In this document: piece by piece, positions 52,270-64,000 of the stretch | Layout of the letters: every line of letters begins with the position of its first letter | Position numbering within the stretch: the stretch's first letter is position 1 | Source of the DNA: Eledone cirrhosa | Taxonomy: Eukaryota | DNA length: 64,000 bases | Assembly: GCA_964016885.1 (NCBI GenBank) | Contig: OZ024759.1 | Coordinates: forward strand, 23,684,001-23,748,000 | Direction of reading: 5' to 3' | Program-made: the position numbers and the translations under genes | The notes under the pieces: model-generated | Database searches by the model: none | What the model saw: only the letters and a program-made list of their open reading frames with translations | What the model was told of the DNA's origin: nothing

Positions 52270-52934
52270 CACAGGTTCTCAACCCATTTAGGCCAAATGC
52301 CCTCTTTTGTCCCTCGAAATCATGAAACGCCCCCCCCCCCCCGCCACCCTATTTTTCCATTTTTCAATATACTACTGATTTTTATATCAGTAGATTACTA
52401 AAAAATTGATTAACAATATTCCAAAGATGTGTGTATTATCTGATTATGTGTTGTGTGGGGTCCTAGATGTGTGTGTTACTCGCTTCTGTTTTTCTTTTCT
52501 TTTTTCTATTTGTAATATTATTTATACAATAGGGAATAAAATAGATCTACATAGTTTTAACTGGTCGCGGTTGAATCAATAATTTCAGACATAAATTACA
52601 TTGTTATCGGTGAAGGAAAGATAAGATTCTAAAAGGGTGCGGTCAAAGTGTCATTGATCTAGTTGACTGTGTGTTTTTCCATTTTTAGGATCTCAATTAC
52701 CGGACATGCCTACACACCTGCTCACAGCTGCCGTCAGACTATAGTTATGCTGTCTGCAAGCTCATTCAAATGCATTCACATTGGCTGTCTCAAAGACATA
52801 CAAATATGGCTTATAAAACTTACCAAAATAAAGAGCCTTCCAGCACACCCTTTAACCCCCCCCCTCCCCCAGCTCCAAACGCGCCCCCTAACGTGACCTT
52901 GCTCCCAAACGCCCCCCCCCGTTGAGAACCTTTG
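52270..52934. mobile_element. hAT-superfamily MITE with 8-bp TSD
   Basis: TIRs cacaggttctcaac / gttgagaacctttg. TSD gtctagtt at 52262-52269 and 52935-52942. Confidence 0.8.
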
Positions 52935-53952
52935 GTCTAGTTGAACTAAAGCGTGTACTAACCGGTTAAGCGCGCATTGTATGAGTGCACACACTAACAT
53001 ATACTACCTACAGTATATATATATGTATCGAAATCTGCCCAACGTTGAACCCTGGGTGACATTTAACGATCACTTTCTGGGTTACCTCTTTCGGGCGTCA
53101 ACAAGTTTAAGTTGTGGCTGATAAGGAGACAGGGGAAGCGATAGATATAAATAGCCTGTCTTAGAACAAGCGGCAATCAGTTCGAAGCAGTTCTTGATAA
53201 AGTAAGACATGTAGACTATTGCTCCCAACAGACCCTTTTGTGGGGTCTTACAGACTCTTACTCTCTCTCTCTTCCACTCAATCTCTATCTCTTGGCCTCT
53301 CTCTTAACCAAAACCGTGTAGTTCATGAAGTTTTCTTGGTAAATACAATTTAATTTTACTTTTACAAACAAACAAATAAAGTACAAAATTCCTGTGTATT
53401 TTTTCGTATAGCTCTGGCGTGAGCTATTTTCAATAAATTAATAATATAGCCGTTTGGTGTCATCGTGGTTAATTTGTATGTATTCATGTTCTGCAATGTG
53501 TGGACACAATAGTGACCACATGACACAACAAGCTACGTGTGAACACGCACGTAACAAACGAATTAACACTACAATACAATCAACTCACCAACACGTCCAT
53601 ACAAATAAACGCTATATATATATATATATATACACATATATATATATATATACAGACAAACATATATATATATATATACACACACATATACACACACACA
53701 CACATATATATATGTGTGTGTTTGTGTCTATATTGTATCTGTGTTTTTGACCGCTGGTCAGTCAATGGCAACATTGAGGGCCGAATAAATTAAATTACCG
53801 ATATAAAAGACACAAGCGAAAACCAACCAAACAGTGAGTGTGTTCTGTCAATATTACACAAATATGACCCTCCCCAAATATATATATATATTAGAAAGTG
53901 AGGTTTTTTTTACAAAATGAAAAATAACCGAGGTGTCCTACACGAGTGAAAG

Positions 53953-54242
53953 TATAAAGAAAAAGAGATGAAATCGAAAATGCAACTGGAGTCTTATTTT
54001 TTTTTTAAATATATATATTTATTTGGTTCCTTTACCGGTTTCGCAGTTCTTCTGCTTTTCAAAAGGTGAGTTGAGATGGAAGGTCTGTGGTTTTTCTGAG
54101 AAAAACCACAGACCTTCCATCTCAACTCACCTTTTGAAAAGCAGAAGAACTGCGAAACCGGTAAAGGAACCAAATAAATATATATATTTTTTTTAAAAAT
54201 AAGACTCCAGTTGCATTTTCGATTTCACGTCTTTTTCTTTAT
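53953..54242. repeat. Near-perfect ~290-bp palindrome carrying a degenerate HHR in each arm
   Basis: Axis near 54098. The right arm reads cctt-TTGAAAA-gcag aagaa ctgc-GAAA-ccg-GTA-aagg (54130-54167). Confidence 0.85.
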
Positions 54243-54409
54243 ATATATATATATAGTAAAAAATTGAACGGGAACAAAACAGAGAGGCAGTACGAACAAA
54301 GGTTTATTAGTTTCACGCTCTTGAGAGTGGGGTGGTGGGGAACGACGTTTCGGGCATATATATATATATATATATATATACGTATATATATATATATATA
54401 TATGTCTCT

Positions 54410-54541
54410 GCGTGTGCCCTAAGGACAGACACTGGTCTGTTGGAGAGGCAGGACATGGCAGCGATAATGAGGGACAGAGACCGCTGGAGAGAACTCGTCC
54501 ATGGATCTCGGGAATTTTACCCGCCCTAGAATAGAATAGAA
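54410..54541 (+). mobile_element. RTE-like LINE 3' stub with (TAGAA)n tail
   Basis: LRTDTGLLERQDMAAIMRDRDRWRELV..* followed by tagaatagaatagaa. Confidence 0.6.
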
Positions 54542-54750
54542 TATATATCATACTCTACTTCTGTATTCGGCTTATTTTCCCCCTTGTTTCAAAATCCAAG
54601 CGTACACACACACATATGCATACAAATATATATTATCTATAGATGTATATATTATTTATATATATATATCGGAAAAGAGTCAGGACCCCAACGGCTGAGT
54701 TCCGGCCGTTTCGACAGCTAGATCCGAACATATATATATATATACATATT

Positions 54751-54840
<90 letters not shown>

Positions 54841-55185
54841 AAATGAAGTAATTCCGTCGGAAAGGTGCAGGAAAAAAGAGTGCTCTATGTAGGTTACAGA
54901 GCTTATTAGTTATGTAATAAACAATATAAGATAATTATAACATAAGATAATTATAAGATAACATAACATAAGATAATTATAAAAATAAGATAATTATAAG
55001 AATAAATACACCACGATTTTTTCATTCTGATGACTGAAAGCAAATTTCGTTTGGTTTCAAAAAACCACTGGTAAATGTTTCTACGTTTGGCACAAGGCCA
55101 GCAAATATCCAGTGCATTACTGGTACTTTATTTTATCGACCCCGTAAGGATGAAAGTTATGTAATAATAAAAACACCATGTTTTA

Positions 55186-55243
55186 TTCATTCTGACGACT
55201 GAAAGCAGATATATCTGCTTTCAAGAAATCACTGGTAAATGAA
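55186..55243 (+). ncRNA. Hammerhead ribozyme, with a damaged tandem copy at 55021-55077
   Basis: ttcatt-CTGACGA-c tgaaagcagat at atctgctttca a-GAAA-tcactg-GTA-aatgaa. Confidence 0.72.
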
Positions 55244-56051
55244 ATAATTATCTTATGTTGTTTATTACTTAACTATATATATATATATTTATATTATGTA
55301 TACATATTATTTATGCATGTATATATATATATTAAATGTGTGTGTGTGTGTGTGTAAACATGCGCATTGTTTGTTTTTACATCACGGTTCGACAAAAAGA
55401 GAAAAATACCAGACATGAAAAAAAAAAAAAAGAAGAAAGCTACTGGGATTGGTAATTGCCAACTAAATTTCTTTGAAGATGGTGCTCCGACATGGCCGCC
55501 GTCAAATGAATGTAACCAGTGAAGATATAAACGGATTTACCAATATTTAAGGAATTGGTCGGTTTAAAATGTTAACGTTCCTCAGTTACTAAATCACAGA
55601 CGGTAGTAGTAAGTACTAAGTAACATTGGCGCTAGAGTGTCTCCTATCGTAGCAACCAGTACAAAGTATACTTTCGAAACGCACCTTATAGTAGCTAGCA
55701 GTAGCTTACTCCACTCAAACCATATTCCTGTGAGAATTCTATCCCCAACCTAGCAGCGCCTGACTGTACTCCTTACATTCAGTTCAGTGCTGCCAGGCAT
55801 ACGTGCACATATATATATATTTCAAGGATTTCACACATTTTATATATATATATATACATTTTCATTACCCGAATTACTTGATCGTTTTTTTTGGCTATGC
55901 GAATGATTGTTTAACCATCGTCTCATTGTGTTTGGCCTTTAACGTTTGTTATAGCTCTGGTTCATCTGAATCATTGAGCACTTGCCACACATCTCGGAGG
56001 TTGTTTTTCGTCATTTCGTGGGCCGAAATGCGAATCTCGATAATTTATGTT

Positions 56052-56154
<103 letters not shown>

Positions 56155-56178
56155 TTCAAGAATTTCACACATTTTTCA

Positions 56179-56213
<35 letters not shown>

Positions 56214-56834
56214 GATATTCGAAAATGTGTGAAAACTTTGGTGCAGTTAGGCATATTTAAAAAAAGGAAAAGAATGATTTTACTTGTAGTTCTAAATAAT
56301 TTCTAAACAAGAACTACAAATGACGTCATTCTTTACCCTTTTATATATATAGAGAGAGAGAATTAGCCGTCGAAACGGCTTGAGCTCAGCTGTCGGGGTC
56401 TTACTGGTTCCTATATATATAGAGAGAGAGATACATCGACACATATATTGGTTTACGAAGCTAGTCTAAGAGAATCGCTACAACTTCGTCTGTGTACTGT
56501 GTACACAGACGTCGTTTGGTTTGTTATTTATGTTTAAATTTACAGACACACATGCATACATATTTGTTGAACTAACTTTATACCGGGATGTTATATCCGT
56601 AGTAAGTAGAGCACTCAGTCCATAAGAAGAGTTCGGTTTAAAGTTAGTTCAACAAATATATATATATTATATATATATATATATATTTGTTGAACTAACT
56701 TTATACCGAATATATATATATATATGTATATATATGTATATATATATGGAAAAGATAGACAGAACTCTCATCTAATATAGACCACACAAATTCTAGTACA
56801 GTGATAAATACTTCATCGGTCAGATAGAAGAGCT

Positions 56835-60565
<3,731 letters not shown>

Positions 60566-60698
60566 TAGATAAATCTACCAAGAGTTTACGGTAGTGTCCA
60601 ATCCGTATGAAGAACTCAATGTATTCCGGATATCATGGAAAGAAGAGATGTAATGAAAAATCACTTTCGGTGAAAGATAAACGGAATACAGAGTCAAG

Positions 60699-61335
60699 AT
60701 AAAATATTAAACAAATAATGAATAAAACAATGAAACAGTTCCTTATATTAAACAAAAAAAGTTCATTATTTAACGATCGTTTCTAGGATATATATGTGTT
60801 AGAATTGGCATGCATATTCAACAGATCTATGTACAAAATTATACAAAATTATACAAACTATCAAGATTAAATATACATACCAAACACACATATATGCCGT
60901 CTTCAGAAATAATGAAATATATTTATTGATAATAACCACATGTTACATGTATATACACACACCAAACTGCATAAAACTTTTTGTATTTATTGATAATAAC
61001 AACATGTTACATGTATATACACACACCAAACTGCATAAAACTTTTTGTATTTTCATTGGTCAATTTTGAACTCCGTTCCCAAACGGACCTGAAATTTTGA
61101 ATTGTTGTTATTATCAATAAATATATTTCATTATTTCTGAAGACGGCATATATGTGTGTTTGGTATGTATATTTAATCTTGATAGTTTGTATAATTTTGT
61201 ATAATTTTGTACATAGATCTGTTGAATATGCATGCCAATTCTAACACATATATATCCTAGAAACGATCGTTAAATAATGAACTTTTTTTGTTTAATATAA
61301 GGAACTGTTTCATTGTTTTATTCATTATTTGTTTA

Positions 61336-61345
<10 letters not shown>
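60699..61345. repeat. Fold-back element with ~240-bp arms and long-stem-II HHR in both arms
   Basis: 60699-60940 is the reverse complement of 61103-61345. The spacer contains a ~65-bp direct duplication. Confidence 0.88.
61127..61281 (+). ncRNA. Hammerhead ribozyme with 116-nt stem II (antisense twin at 60762-60916)
   Basis: ttcattattt-CTGAAGA (61137-43)-cggcatatatgtgtgtttggtatgtatattt...gaatatgcatgccaattctaacacatatatatccta-GAAA (61260-63)-cgatc-GTT-aaataatgaa. Stem I is 10 bp. Confidence 0.75.
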
Positions 61346-61402
<57 letters not shown>

Positions 61403-61407
61403 GTATG

Positions 61408-61648
<241 letters not shown>

Positions 61649-61649
61649 G

Positions 61650-61984
<335 letters not shown>

Positions 61985-61985
61985 G

Positions 61986-62020
<35 letters not shown>

Positions 62021-62021
62021 G

Positions 62022-62108
<87 letters not shown>

Positions 62109-62179
62109 ATATATATATGTATGTATATATATATATGTATGTATATATATATATGTATGTATATATATATATATGTATG

Positions 62180-62291
<112 letters not shown>

Positions 62292-62299
62292 TATATGTG

Positions 62300-62332
<33 letters not shown>

Positions 62333-62367
62333 GTATATATATATGTATATATATGTATATATATATG

Positions 62368-62400
<33 letters not shown>

Positions 62401-62401
62401 G

Positions 62402-62434
<33 letters not shown>

Positions 62435-62435
62435 G

Positions 62436-62466
<31 letters not shown>

Positions 62467-62517
62467 GTATATATATATGTATATATATATGTATATATAT
62501 ATATATGTATATATACA

Positions 62518-62869
62518 TGAATAACAGAATTGAACGAACATTATTCTGCCGTCACAGAACTAAAACCCTTTTTTCCCACTACAAGCAGAATATTACATAA
62601 AAGAGGGACATCCCCCAACTATATAAACCTTAATCTAGTTAGAAAAATATAAAAACAATCTCTTCTCAACATATATTAATAACCTTAAATTACCATACTA
62701 ATAATGAAAAGATATGCCGATGAGAATAGGTACAAATATGCGATAATGAATGTGTCTAAAAACGTCCATAAGTATGTATATATATGTGAAAATGTATATA
62801 AATAAGTAAATATATATATATGTTTGATGTGTATAGTTAGATGTAAGTGTATTCATGTATTAAAGTGCT

Positions 62870-62902
<33 letters not shown>

Positions 62903-62919
62903 ATATGTGTGTATATATG

Positions 62920-62952
<33 letters not shown>

Positions 62953-64000
62953 ATGTATATGTATATATGTATATATATATATGTGTATGTATGTATGTGT
63001 ATATGGATGTGTATGTATGTGTATGTGTGTACACATGGACTAGAGTATGTATGTATATATGTGTGTGTCTATACGTGTGTATATATAAAGATAAGTTGAG
63101 TATGAAAATGTATACACATGAGCGCGTATGTATGTACATGAATACATGTGTGTATATATATGTGTATGCATGTGTATATATATGTAAGTATGAATATGTG
63201 AATTGTGAGTATATGTATTTTGTAGAGGTGTGCAAATATATTTGTGTGTGAATGCGTGGGTGAAAGAATACGTACACTTGAAAGAAAAATTTAAGTCTGA
63301 ATGTTAAGTGCAAACACAAAACCAACCACGCATATCTTTACTATCTCTAATCCTTCTATAGATTTAGAAAAATAACCAATAATATATTCTATAAAAAATG
63401 TCAAAACAACAGATGGGAATCTAATTAATCACTGCCACCAAGAATTCTCACTGCTATCGAAAAACCACTCCTTCAACTATTCTTCTAACAACTTCACCCC
63501 TCCCTCCTAATATTCTCTATAAAAACTAAATAGGTCCTCAGTAATATTATTCTGATGAAATGACAGTAAATAATAACATTGAAATATTGAATGTCTGCAT
63601 AACTAAAAGTTTGTAGATAGCTGTTTTAGGTTATGTAACTGTTATAGAAACACGTGTCAATAAATTCCTTTCAACTAAACTGTATCCATTCAAATCTTTC
63701 TATTTTTCTCCGGATTACTTTTGGAACTACAACTGGAACCGTCGAGCAAACTCTACGTGAGCTGATAATCTACTGTGTGTAATATTTATATTACAACACA
63801 ACGGAAAAAACTGTATATTTACCTCCTGTAAAGTCGAGCAACCCACACAGCAAACGCAACCACAACAATGGAAAAACACTACCTGGATATGTCACTCAAA
63901 AACATACCAACCCAAGGTAGAAAGGAATATTTATTGAGCATGATTCAAAAAACTAATGAATTCATTCGACGTGTCAGGTGGAAAACGCTCCACTATGATA
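62518..64000 (+). mobile_element. Naiad-type PLE in partial-tandem layout: ORF tail, terminal repeat, start of next ORF
   Basis: 62518-62600 gives [22 protein letters not shown] (Naiad C-terminus). An HHR-like CTGATGA-aatg..catt-GAAA-tatt lies at 63552-63590. Confidence 0.75.
63868..64000 (+). CDS. N-terminus of a Naiad PLE ORF, open at the window end
   Basis: MEKHYLDMSLKNIPTQGRKEYLLSMIQKTNEFIRRVRWKTLHYD, homologous to LIQRTNEFIRRIRWKA at 42541. Not in the ORF track. Confidence 0.8.
   Translation, partial: MEKHYLDMSLKNIPTQGRKEYLLSMIQKTNEFIRRVRWKTLHYD

Noticed and set aside
52560-53500. Possible host exons in unique-looking sequence (also 30430-31020 and 36500-37750)
   Set aside because: No recognisable protein motif or convincing splice-bounded frame was found. 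Small exons cannot be excluded without RNA data.

Overview
AT-rich, repeat-saturated animal DNA. The SINE and microsatellite content resembles octopus/cephalopod genomes (inference). No host gene is recognisable. Contents: (1) a head-to-tail cluster of four Tx1/L1-clade LINE copies (one near full-length) plus three tiny 3' stubs, all on the minus strand within (GATA)n; (2) many Penelope-like element (PLE) relics of the Naiad type and other GIY-YIG types, sitting in (TA)n, several with 5' inversions; (3) two Helitron relics, RTE and CRE fragments, tRNA-derived SINEs, hAT MITEs, minisatellites and multi-kb (TA)n arrays. The main structure not shown by the ORF track is a dense set of type I hammerhead ribozyme (HHR) motifs read by eye, about a dozen intact or near-intact plus half-motifs. 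These include a variant with a 90-116 nt stem II and a palindromic stem III, and a class of (TA)n-flanked fold-back mini-elements whose symmetry axis lies in or just 5' of the ribozyme. All structures are manual calls and were not computed. Boundaries are approximate.
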